From Thermoplasmatota archaeon (GTDB taxonomy: Archaea > Thermoplasmatota > E2 > DHVEG-1), in contig JARVGL010000003.1 in the NCBI GenBank assembly GCA_029762575.1, positions 1 through 55,571 of the forward strand: a DNA stretch of 55,571 nucleotides, written 5' to 3'. Positions 32,093-40,601 of this stretch are shown one piece after another (the stretch's first letter is position 1; each line of letters starts with the position of its first letter). Below the pieces are notes generated by a model. It did not search any database. It was not told the origin of the DNA and saw only the letters and a list, made by a program, of their open reading frames with translations. The position numbers and the translations under genes were made by a program.

Positions 32093-32727
32093 AGAGTAAA
32101 AACCCAAACCTCTGGGTCGCTTGGGATCTCTGTTTTTTCGATATCGATCTCATTTCCAACCCGCAGTACTGGCAAAGGACTCTGTTCAATGAACTCATCA
32201 ACTGGTGCAATGGGAAGGGAGAGACCTTCTATCTTATAATGCATAGGGATGGTTACCCTTGGTTTGATTTTATTGATTATCTCCCATGCTTTCTTTGCGT
32301 CAATGGTATAGGTGCCACCAACAGGGATGAAAAGAATATCTATGTCCTCTAAGGATTCGATAGTTTTATCATCAAGGTCATGGCCGAGATCTCCAAGATG
32401 TACAAAAGATATATCATCAATAATTGTCTTATATATGATGTTCTCTCCACGGCGTTCTCCCATAGATTCATCATGGTAGCTTGGAAACCCCTTTATCAGT
32501 ATCTGTCCGATCGTTCTTTTACGTCCATCTGTGATGATCTTTGTCCCTTCTTTCTCCACTGTTTTCACACTGTTATGGTCGTAATGGTTATGTGAGACGA
32601 GGATGATATCTGCAGAAACAAGCGGTGTGGGGATACCAATCGATTTGCCATCATGGGGATCGGTTACTATCGTTATGTCGTCTGCTATTTCAAAACAGGA
32701 ATGGCCATGCCATCGAATAAGAAGCAT
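32089..32727 (-). CDS. MBL-fold metallo-hydrolase
   Basis: WHGHSCF, SHNHYDH, HLGDLG, IPVGG, PMHY. Confidence 0.9.
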   Translation of the reverse strand: MLLIRWHGHSCFEIADDITIVTDPHDGKSIGIPTPLVSADIILVSHNHYDHNSVKTVEKEGTKIITDGRKRTIGQILIKGFPSYHDESMGERRGENIIYKTIIDDISFVHLGDLGHDLDDKTIESLEDIDILFIPVGGTYTIDAKKAWEIINKIKPRVTIPMHYKIEGLSLPIAPVDEFIEQSPLPVLRVGNEIDIEKTEIPSDPEVWVFTL

Positions 32728-32788
32728 ATTTTTTTCCTCAACCCAATTATCAAGACATATGATGGATTTAGGTGACTCTATAAATAAG

Positions 32789-33847
32789 TTATGGCCGAAG
32801 TCGACTTATCGAAAGATATGTTATCGTTTTTCCTTTGTTTTGTACAAGCGCAAATATCATTTTCTTATTGACCGCATGAGCAAGTCGTACCGCACGGCTC
32901 AGTTCAGACCATACGATGGGATCTTTTCCTTGTACCGCATGGATTAGATATTCTGCGTGTGTCTTGTTTGGTGTTTGTGTATATGCGCGGAAATGAGTGC
33001 CGAATTTGAAACCTGTTTTTACGATTAGTTCACGGTTTTTTAGATCTTCAAACACATGGGATATAAACGAAAGATTTGGTTGTTGTTCGTTCATTTTTTT
33101 TAGTAGGGTTTTTCCTTGTAGATTGTTTCCTTGTGCGGTGGTGACATGAAGAATCCTTTTTTTTGTAAGATATGCTGCTTCAACAAGAGAGAGTTGCAAG
33201 CCTTGAGCAAATGGTTTGCCGAAGAACTCGTTTTGATGCATGGTCCTACTTATTTCTTGGTTGAAGAGTATTACTCTATTTGCAAGAAGTAACCCTGTTG
33301 TTTTTCGATAACTTTGATTTGAGATGTTTCCGGTAGGTACTAGTGCCTCGAGGATATAATAGGTGATATCTCCTTCTTCATCGGCAACTGCTATCCAATA
33401 GGTGCCTTTAGCACTATCAAGAAGATCTTTAAGGTGAAGAAATGTGGATGTTTCTCTTTCTGAGAACGCGATGATAGCGGTATGATGTTGATTTTTCTTT
33501 TTATGATCCGTCTGATTGAAGAAAAAAGTGAATTGCTGGTTCTTTTTTATTATATCTAGCTGCAAACCTCTTTTTCTTAGATCTTGGAATACAAGATAAT
33601 GTGTCTCAAAGGAATCATCATATGATGCCGCGTAATGAAATAGTTGATCAAAAAACACTTCTCTTTTGTCTTGGAACACCCTAAGTTTTTGTTCCTCCAT
33701 GAGAAACAACGCTTCGATAAAGCTAAGTTTTAAGGTATTACCTGTTTGAGTGATGCCAAATCTACTTTTACCATACAGTTTTCCAACGTCTTTTGGTCTA
33801 TGTACCTGGATGTATGATTCTTTCAACTCCGCTGATGCAGGTTTCAT
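32789..33847 (-). CDS. endA: tRNA-intron endonuclease, alpha2 (two-repeat) type
   Basis: Two repeats (LSFIEALFL / LSLVEAAYL), VADEEGDITYY, KTGFKFGTHFRAY, HAEYL, VRLAHAVNKK. Confidence 0.93.
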   Translation of the reverse strand: MKPASAELKESYIQVHRPKDVGKLYGKSRFGITQTGNTLKLSFIEALFLMEEQKLRVFQDKREVFFDQLFHYAASYDDSFETHYLVFQDLRKRGLQLDIIKKNQQFTFFFNQTDHKKKNQHHTAIIAFSERETSTFLHLKDLLDSAKGTYWIAVADEEGDITYYILEALVPTGNISNQSYRKTTGLLLANRVILFNQEISRTMHQNEFFGKPFAQGLQLSLVEAAYLTKKRILHVTTAQGNNLQGKTLLKKMNEQQPNLSFISHVFEDLKNRELIVKTGFKFGTHFRAYTQTPNKTHAEYLIHAVQGKDPIVWSELSRAVRLAHAVNKKMIFALVQNKGKTITYLSISRLRP

Positions 33848-33870
33848 ATATGGTTGACAAGACTAGTCCT

Positions 33871-36048
33871 TTATTTGTTTTTTTTGTAAAAATCATAGAT
33901 GTTCTGTGGAAAGGATTCTTGTGTATATGCTGTTTTTCTTATTTCTGGATAATACGTCTGAATGTTTTTTTGAGCTGTTTGTTGTATAGGGCCTTGCTGA
34001 TCTTTTTTGAAGAAGAGCAGTCCAATAAAAAACCCGATGAGGATTCCACCTACTGCCCAGATACCCGCAAAAAAGATCATATACGTAGTGTATTGGATGG
34101 AAGGGGGCAATCGACTTTGACTACCTGAGATGGGTATGCCGACATATCGGGAGGATGTGTTAGATCTGCAACTACTTGAAAGAGTTAATACTCCTGTTAT
34201 CATATTACTATATTTATAGTAAAACAAAGAATTCTCGACATTGGATTCCAAGAGGCTTTCTGCATATTCGTAATAACTTACGGCTAATACTGGTTCAATA
34301 CCCATCGATCGACTTTCGCTGATACCTGCACTTGCGCTTTCATTTGCTCGTTCGAGTTTGCTTTGTATCCGTTCCGTTGTTGTTGCATCAAAGATTTCTA
34401 ATGCAAGATTTCCTTTAGATAATGCTTCTAATGCTTCGAATAATGCTGCAGCATAGTATCCTTCTTCATTGTTCGATCGTGCATTTTCCAGCATTTCTTC
34501 AGCTTCAGTAAGTAATGAAGAAGTTTTTCCAAGTTCTTGGAGGATCACCTGGGAATAGATGATGGATTGTTGCGCATCCTGGATATAGTCGTTAGCCAAC
34601 GATTTCACATCGTCATGTTCAATGTCATTTGTATCGTTGAAAGATGATTGTAGACCAAGCCACCATCCAATGCTTTCCGTTCGTTGTATCGCAAAAGCTA
34701 TTTGGTACAGTGCGTTGAAATCATCATTTCTTTGAAGATTGTTTTGAGCCGCAGAGAGATAGGCTGCTGCCTCTGATGCGCGTTTTTGCGCTGCACCGAC
34801 ACATTGAAGAGAGATTGCACCAGTTACTGGTGTCTGTTTGGCTTTGCTGCTTTCATTTGAGTGATATGATTGAGCATTTGATAGGAGAGTTTCAAGATAG
34901 TTTTCTTTATTATCGCTGGAAAAATATTCACAGGCTAGTGATACGAATCGAGAGTTTATCAACGATTGGAATGATTTACTCGTACTTGAATAATAGAGGT
35001 CCTTTGAGAACCATTCATGAGATTTTATATTGGCGTCTTTTGCATAATTAAGATAATCGGTTATTTGGTTCCGATAATAATAAGGGAAATAATTAGGGAT
35101 GGTTGTTGTGTTAAATGCGTTGCTTGAGTTAGCATAATTTGTTTCTGCTTGTTCTAATAGAGTTGTTGCAAGAGGCTTCATCGAATCGACGTATTGTTCT
35201 GTTGAGATACTATCATTTGAACTGGTGAGAGGAACAGTGTATCCTGTGTAATACTCCAACACATCGTTTATATCCGTAACTTCCGTGACCACGATTCCAT
35301 AGTTTTCCATTGCATAGTCAGTGACGCTTTTTGTAACGGTTCGACTTACGATTTGCTGACCCCATGAGGTTGTGACCGTCTCATATATCTGTTCTGTGTA
35401 TGAATCTTGACCTTCAGGTATGAGAAATCGTGTTGCTCCAACTGAATGAGCTGCATCGATCTTGTAGGGTATACCGCCGATAGGTCCTATGCTTCCATCT
35501 GGATTGATCATGCCGGTCATGACGGTTTTTTCATCCATGTCCCAGTTTTCTAAGAGGGAGATAACCGCCGAGGTCATGATCCCTCCGGCCGATGGTCCTC
35601 CGATGATGGGTGAATCTGTTCGTATGACAAAGAAGTAATCATATGTTGAGGGATTGATAGGACAGTTTTTGTCTTTTGAGACATATGCTGTTGCAACGTT
35701 TACAGCGAGTCGTGCTGATCCTTGCATGTCGATTTGAGCAAGAGGGAGCGTATCGACAAAGACCCGTCCTGAGCCATTTGATTGGATGGTTATGGTTATT
35801 GTTGAGATAACTCCAGTATATCCTTTTGTTGTTTGACCAACGGCTGGAGCATATACTGTGACGTTCCTATATTCTATTGCAAGTTCATCGTTATTTATGA
35901 TGCCTGGGGTGACGATAGCTGTAGATGCAGGGATGATTAGCAAGAAACAAAGGGTAAGGATCTGTAAGAATAGTATCGTTTTTTGTACATGGTTTGAATA
36001 GGTGCCTTTTATGCCGCTATCCTTATTGTTGAGGGTATTTTGCTTCAT
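33871..36048 (-). CDS. Archaeal S16 (Lon-like, no ATPase) serine protease with TM anchors at both ends
   Basis: APAV, GSGRVFV, DMQGSARLA, GPSAG (Ser), TGMINPDGSIGPIGG..KIDAA (Lys); helical C-domain. Confidence 0.9.
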   Translation of the reverse strand: MKQNTLNNKDSGIKGTYSNHVQKTILFLQILTLCFLLIIPASTAIVTPGIINNDELAIEYRNVTVYAPAVGQTTKGYTGVISTITITIQSNGSGRVFVDTLPLAQIDMQGSARLAVNVATAYVSKDKNCPINPSTYDYFFVIRTDSPIIGGPSAGGIMTSAVISLLENWDMDEKTVMTGMINPDGSIGPIGGIPYKIDAAHSVGATRFLIPEGQDSYTEQIYETVTTSWGQQIVSRTVTKSVTDYAMENYGIVVTEVTDINDVLEYYTGYTVPLTSSNDSISTEQYVDSMKPLATTLLEQAETNYANSSNAFNTTTIPNYFPYYYRNQITDYLNYAKDANIKSHEWFSKDLYYSSTSKSFQSLINSRFVSLACEYFSSDNKENYLETLLSNAQSYHSNESSKAKQTPVTGAISLQCVGAAQKRASEAAAYLSAAQNNLQRNDDFNALYQIAFAIQRTESIGWWLGLQSSFNDTNDIEHDDVKSLANDYIQDAQQSIIYSQVILQELGKTSSLLTEAEEMLENARSNNEEGYYAAALFEALEALSKGNLALEIFDATTTERIQSKLERANESASAGISESRSMGIEPVLAVSYYEYAESLLESNVENSLFYYKYSNMITGVLTLSSSCRSNTSSRYVGIPISGSQSRLPPSIQYTTYMIFFAGIWAVGGILIGFFIGLLFFKKDQQGPIQQTAQKNIQTYYPEIRKTAYTQESFPQNIYDFYKKNK

Positions 36049-36409
36049 TTATTTCATCACCATTTTTTTTGATTTCTTACCACGACAGTTATTGTCTTTT
36101 TAGATATAGTGGTCTCTGTTTTTAAGTATGACCTACCATATTCTTATGGTGTGGGGGGGTAGGAGAGGGGGAGAAAAAAAGATAAACAAGAGTTTTTCTC
36201 GGGAGGCAAAAGGGAGGGAAAATCCTCAAAAAACTTATGTTTGCAACCCCCTCTCGTTGTAAATATTGTTTGTTGAATCGATGGTAGATGATTCTGCAAT
36301 ACCTTTTTGGGATGATACAGTAGTATAATGGAAAGTTCGGATAGTGGTTTTTCCATTTTTTGAGTTTTTGCCATTGTTTTATCATCTCTTGGTATTTCAG
36401 CCTTTTAGC

Positions 36410-36439
36410 GTTACACAATGTAACACTACGAATTATAGT
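36410..36439. promoter_or_regulatory. Two abutting TAC-N5-GTA boxes, candidate BlaI operators over a divergent promoter
   Basis: GTTAC-acaat-GTAAC 36410-36424 (perfect) and ACTAC-gaatt-ATAGT 36425-36439 (1 mismatch); minus-strand TATA TTTATAT at 36453-36459. Confidence 0.65.
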
Positions 36440-36513
36440 ATATATGATGTCATATAAATAATTTTCCCATCAATCCGTAAAAATCTCGGAAAAATAATAG
36501 TAATAGTAATATG

Positions 36514-36545
36514 TCTACAATATGTAACGTGACAAAGTATAAATA
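36514..36545 (+). promoter_or_regulatory. Third TAC-N5-GTA box plus TATA of the blaI-like operon
   Basis: TCTAC-aatat-GTAAC 36514-36528, then TATAAATA 36538-36545, 26 nt before ATG 36572 (leaderless geometry). Confidence 0.65.
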
Positions 36546-36571
36546 CTATGTTTTTATTCTAAAATATATAT

Positions 36572-36955
36572 ATGATTAAAAACATCGGACCACTAGAACA
36601 AAAGATACTGGCAATCCTCTGGCAGAACCATGAAGCAACAGCACGAGATATTTGCAGTAGTCTAGAGGAACTAGGTGAACGAAGGGCATATTCCACCGTT
36701 CGAACGATAATAAACAGGCTCGTAAAGAAAAATATCGTCAGCCAACGATTAGATCCAACAGAAAGAATATATATTTATACCCCTATTTATACAAAAGGCG
36801 AGCTTGAAAAAAGGATCATTCACGGTCTCTTAGGTGAAATGCTAAGGAAGTTTGAACAAAGTACCATTAACTATCTTGCAGAAGAACTATCAGAAGATGA
36901 AGAGGAGATAAAAAGAATAAAGCAAAGGCTTGCTGAGATGAAAAAACATGGCTGA
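36572..36955 (+). CDS. BlaI/MecI/CopY family transcriptional regulator
   Basis: GPLEQKILAILW, AYSTVRTIINRLVKKNIV, YIYTP; 8-bp overlap with M56 gene. Confidence 0.92.
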   Translation: MIKNIGPLEQKILAILWQNHEATARDICSSLEELGERRAYSTVRTIINRLVKKNIVSQRLDPTERIYIYTPIYTKGELEKRIIHGLLGEMLRKFEQSTINYLAEELSEDEEEIKRIKQRLAEMKKHG

Positions 36956-38612
36956 AGAAATCCTAACACTTATCGGTATCTCAATAGTGCTATCATTCGT
37001 AGTGTTCTTATCAGCAAACTTTTTAATAAATATAGGGCGCATCAAACACCCTAAAAACCGATTTTCGATTTACCTTATAGTCATTGTGACCATTACTGCT
37101 ATCATCTATGCTCCCCTCTTATCGATGCCTGCCATCTTGTCAAAGGAACCATCACAGATGCAAAACAATTGCTTCGATAACGACTCGCCACCGGTATCAT
37201 TGATGGTAAGCTATGGTAATGAGGAAATGATCTTTCAATCTCCCCTTGAAAATATCATAACCGGTGTCGCATCCTCATCCCGTTCAGACGAAGAAAGTGT
37301 AAATCCTACAGATTCGATGAATTCATCCCTTCAAAGAGCAGTATGTATCTCAATCCTCTACGAGAAATTCTTTAAAAATGGTAACAACTGCTCATTTAAC
37401 ACACTCTTAAAAAGATATGACCTTCAACTTGATGAAAAAAAGATACAGCAATCTAGTGTTAGCGCGATTCTAGCAGAGATCATTGCATTGCAACTAAACA
37501 CCTCACTTTCAGAGTATTCTTCCTATCCTATCACTTGTAAATTCGTCCTCAACAGTGGACAAGACAACGAGAATCAGACCTCTGCGTCATTATCTGTTCC
37601 CCCTTCCCAAACCCAAAATGAACCCCCGTTCCTTTGGCTTTATCTAGGGCTCTATAGCCTCTTGATCATAGGTGTCATATATCTTTTCTTCAGTCTTACC
37701 CTTGGAAAAAAAATGACACTTAAAGCTCTTCAAGCAAAACCTTGCAAAGACGACTCAATTCTTTCCATTATCCGGGAAGTATCCAAGCAGATGAACATTT
37801 CTATGCCAAACGTGTTCATCTCACAAGGAAATCCCAATGCGTTTGTCTTTGGCTTTCCTGTTACCCTTGTTCTCTCACAAAACCTTCTTTCATTGTTAAC
37901 AAAAGAAGAACTAGAGATGACCGTACGTCATGAACTATCACATATAAAGAACAAGGATATATTCATAAAACCTGCATTACAAATGCTTCGCATCATCCTC
38001 TGTTTCAACCCCATCATCCATCTTATCGTCCCAAGAATGTTAAAACAACGGGAGACAATGGCCGATGTCCTCTCATTTTCAAATAAAAAGGATAAGATCA
38101 CCTTTATGGATGCACTGATAAAGATAGAAGAATTCATGATTCGTGCGCCGGCAAAACCTTGCTTATTCCCTTTGCCGAGTGCCTCATCGCTTTTAGATCA
38201 TACGAAAAAACAACCATCCCTTGAAGATCGCTTCAACTGTTTATTTGAAGATACCCATCCGAAGCGTTTCCTCTCTGTTTCAATATGCCTTCTTTTGATC
38301 ATAACAAATCTCTCCATCATGGCTGTTGCATATCAAGTCGTTGCCCCCACGGCTCCTGCACAAACGCCTCTTGATATGATGAATGGTACAGAGTGTATGC
38401 CACAAAAGGAAAGCTACATCTATGAATGTACCTTTTATGTTGGCGACCATGATATCATGTGCCAAGAGATCGTCATGTTCAAATCTGATCTTGGCAGAGG
38501 GAGTTGGATACAGTATCAAACAGAGATATTGCCGCTAGCTCCATATCTTTTTACAAACGCATATATGTATCCCCAACCTTTAACTGAAGAAACATATGAA
38601 CCAAATTTTTAA
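36948..38612 (+). CDS. M56 (BlaR1-like) membrane metallopeptidase signal transducer
   Basis: Four TM helices, PNAFVFG, HELSH..NKD, FNP, ETMAD, LEDRF; no penicillin-binding domain. Confidence 0.88.
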   Translation: MAEEILTLIGISIVLSFVVFLSANFLINIGRIKHPKNRFSIYLIVIVTITAIIYAPLLSMPAILSKEPSQMQNNCFDNDSPPVSLMVSYGNEEMIFQSPLENIITGVASSSRSDEESVNPTDSMNSSLQRAVCISILYEKFFKNGNNCSFNTLLKRYDLQLDEKKIQQSSVSAILAEIIALQLNTSLSEYSSYPITCKFVLNSGQDNENQTSASLSVPPSQTQNEPPFLWLYLGLYSLLIIGVIYLFFSLTLGKKMTLKALQAKPCKDDSILSIIREVSKQMNISMPNVFISQGNPNAFVFGFPVTLVLSQNLLSLLTKEELEMTVRHELSHIKNKDIFIKPALQMLRIILCFNPIIHLIVPRMLKQRETMADVLSFSNKKDKITFMDALIKIEEFMIRAPAKPCLFPLPSASSLLDHTKKQPSLEDRFNCLFEDTHPKRFLSVSICLLLIITNLSIMAVAYQVVAPTAPAQTPLDMMNGTECMPQKESYIYECTFYVGDHDIMCQEIVMFKSDLGRGSWIQYQTEILPLAPYLFTNAYMYPQPLTEETYEPNF

Positions 38613-38686
38613 GAAAAAAATCCCTTTTCAAACGCTATGTCCCCCCGATATAATTAAGTAGAGGAATAGGATACCATGCAGCAATC

Positions 38687-38705
38687 AGGAGATATGATAT
38701 CTCCT
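38687..38705. promoter_or_regulatory. Palindrome AGGAGATAT-g-ATATCTCCT upstream of pycB
   Basis: Perfect 9-bp arms, 1-nt spacer, about 50 bp before the start. Confidence 0.5.
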
Positions 38706-38755
38706 TTCATCACGCTATGAAATATAATAAATATCGATAAATGGAGGCAAGAGAC

Positions 38756-40573
38756 ATGGTCCAATTACATGAATTGATTTTAAGAGATGCTCATCAGTCT
38801 ATGCTTGCAACAAGAATGCGAACAGAAGACATGTTACCCATTGCAGACAAACTTGATCAAGTTGGATATTTCTCCATGGAAGTATGGGGTGGTGCAACCT
38901 TTGATGTTTGCATCAGATATCTCAATCAGGATCCCTGGGAGCGTCTACGACTCTTGAAAAAAGCAATGCCCAACACACCCTTACAAATGCTTGAACGGGC
39001 AATGAACATTGTGGCATACTGGAATTTCCCCGATGACGTTGTAAAAAAATTCATTTTCCTTGCAAAGAAGAATGGTATCGATTACTTTAGGATATTTGAT
39101 GCGTTAAACGATCTTCGAAACATGCAAGTCCCAATGAAGACAGCAAAAGATGAAGGGGGTCATGTACAAGCCTGCCTCAGTTATACCATATCACCGATAC
39201 ACACCGTTGACTATTTTGTTGAAAAATTCAAGAAGCTCGAAAAGATGGGAGCAGATTCACTCTGCATCAAGGATATGGCAGGTATGATCTCCCCTCAACG
39301 AGCCTATGACATCATCAAAGGAGTCAAAGATGCAGGTGTGAAGATACCAATCGATCTTCATTCCCATTACACCAGCGGTATGACTGGAATGGCCTATCAA
39401 AGAGCAGTTGAGGCCGGTGTTGACATACTTGATGGTGCAATCTCACCAATCTCCGGTGGTACTGCTGCACCTGCAACAGAAAGCATCGTTGCAGCACTAC
39501 AAGGAACAGAATGGGATACAAACTATGATCTGGAACTACTAATAGAAATACGAAAATATTTCCTTGAAATATGGGATAAATATCGGCATTTACATCGCTT
39601 TAATGCACTCAAGGTCGACCCAAGTGTTACCCTTCATCAAGTCCCCGGCGGCATGCTTTCAAACCTGATCTTTCAACTGGAACAACAAGGCGCACATGGA
39701 AAATACCAGGAGATCCTCCTAGAGACCGCACGGGTCCGTGAGGAATTAGGATATCCTCCTTTGGTCACACCAACAAGTCAAGTTGTTGGAGTCCAAGCGG
39801 TCATGAATGTGCTACATGGACGTTACAAGGTCATTACAAAGGAAACAAAGGATTACTGCCGTGGTATGTATGGCCAACCACCAGGGAAGATCGACCCAAA
39901 GATCATGAAAGCGGTCCTTGGAAAAGATTGGAAGGACGAGGTCATTGATTGCAGACCTTCTGATCTTTTAAAACCAATGTGGAGCACCAGGAAATCTGAA
40001 CTTAAAGAACATTCAGATATCGAGATCACTGAAGAGAACATCATGACCTATGCAATCTATCCACAAGTAGGTTTGAAATACCTTAAAGGTGAGGCAACTG
40101 CTGAGTTTACCTCTGCAGAGTTACCTCTCCCTATCACACATCCTTTGATACGCGGGATGGTAAAACAATCATTCCCTAAGGAAAAAGAATTATGGTTAGA
40201 GAACGAACCTCCAGAGAATAGATCTGGACCTGCGCAGATCCCTACAGAGTTTGAGGTTGAGGTAGATGGTGAACCTTTCGAAGTCAAGGTCACTCCAACG
40301 GGTGGATTCCTTGTTGCAGGGGGTTCAGGCGCTGTGGCAGCACAAAAACCAAAGGATGTAGAAGGCGGTGTGAAATCAAACATGCAAGGTACGATTCTCA
40401 AAATAAAGGTTAAAAATGGTGATAAGGTCAAGAAAGGAGATGTCCTTGCTACCATTGAAGCGATGAAGATGGAGCAAGAGATCCTCTCAGAAAAAGATGG
40501 AGAGGTCAAAGACGTCTTCATCAAAGAAGGAGCTGCAGTGAACAACGGTGATGTGTTAATGCAGATCCTTTAA
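38756..40573 (+). CDS. pycB: Pyruvate carboxylase subunit B (carboxyltransferase plus biotin carrier)
   Basis: RDAHQS, WGGATFD, CIKDMAG, HSH, HQVPGGM, LVTPTSQ, EAMKM; ATG 38756 after GGAGG (alternative 38741). Confidence 0.9.
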   Translation: MVQLHELILRDAHQSMLATRMRTEDMLPIADKLDQVGYFSMEVWGGATFDVCIRYLNQDPWERLRLLKKAMPNTPLQMLERAMNIVAYWNFPDDVVKKFIFLAKKNGIDYFRIFDALNDLRNMQVPMKTAKDEGGHVQACLSYTISPIHTVDYFVEKFKKLEKMGADSLCIKDMAGMISPQRAYDIIKGVKDAGVKIPIDLHSHYTSGMTGMAYQRAVEAGVDILDGAISPISGGTAAPATESIVAALQGTEWDTNYDLELLIEIRKYFLEIWDKYRHLHRFNALKVDPSVTLHQVPGGMLSNLIFQLEQQGAHGKYQEILLETARVREELGYPPLVTPTSQVVGVQAVMNVLHGRYKVITKETKDYCRGMYGQPPGKIDPKIMKAVLGKDWKDEVIDCRPSDLLKPMWSTRKSELKEHSDIEITEENIMTYAIYPQVGLKYLKGEATAEFTSAELPLPITHPLIRGMVKQSFPKEKELWLENEPPENRSGPAQIPTEFEVEVDGEPFEVKVTPTGGFLVAGGSGAVAAQKPKDVEGGVKSNMQGTILKIKVKNGDKVKKGDVLATIEAMKMEQEILSEKDGEVKDVFIKEGAAVNNGDVLMQIL

Positions 40574-40601
40574 GGTTGTAACTGTAGGAAGTGAATATTT
40601 C

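Noticed and set aside
36163-36255. MITE interpretation of the 9-bp terminal inverted repeat
   Set aside because: No target-site duplication, no identical second copy and no transposase in the window
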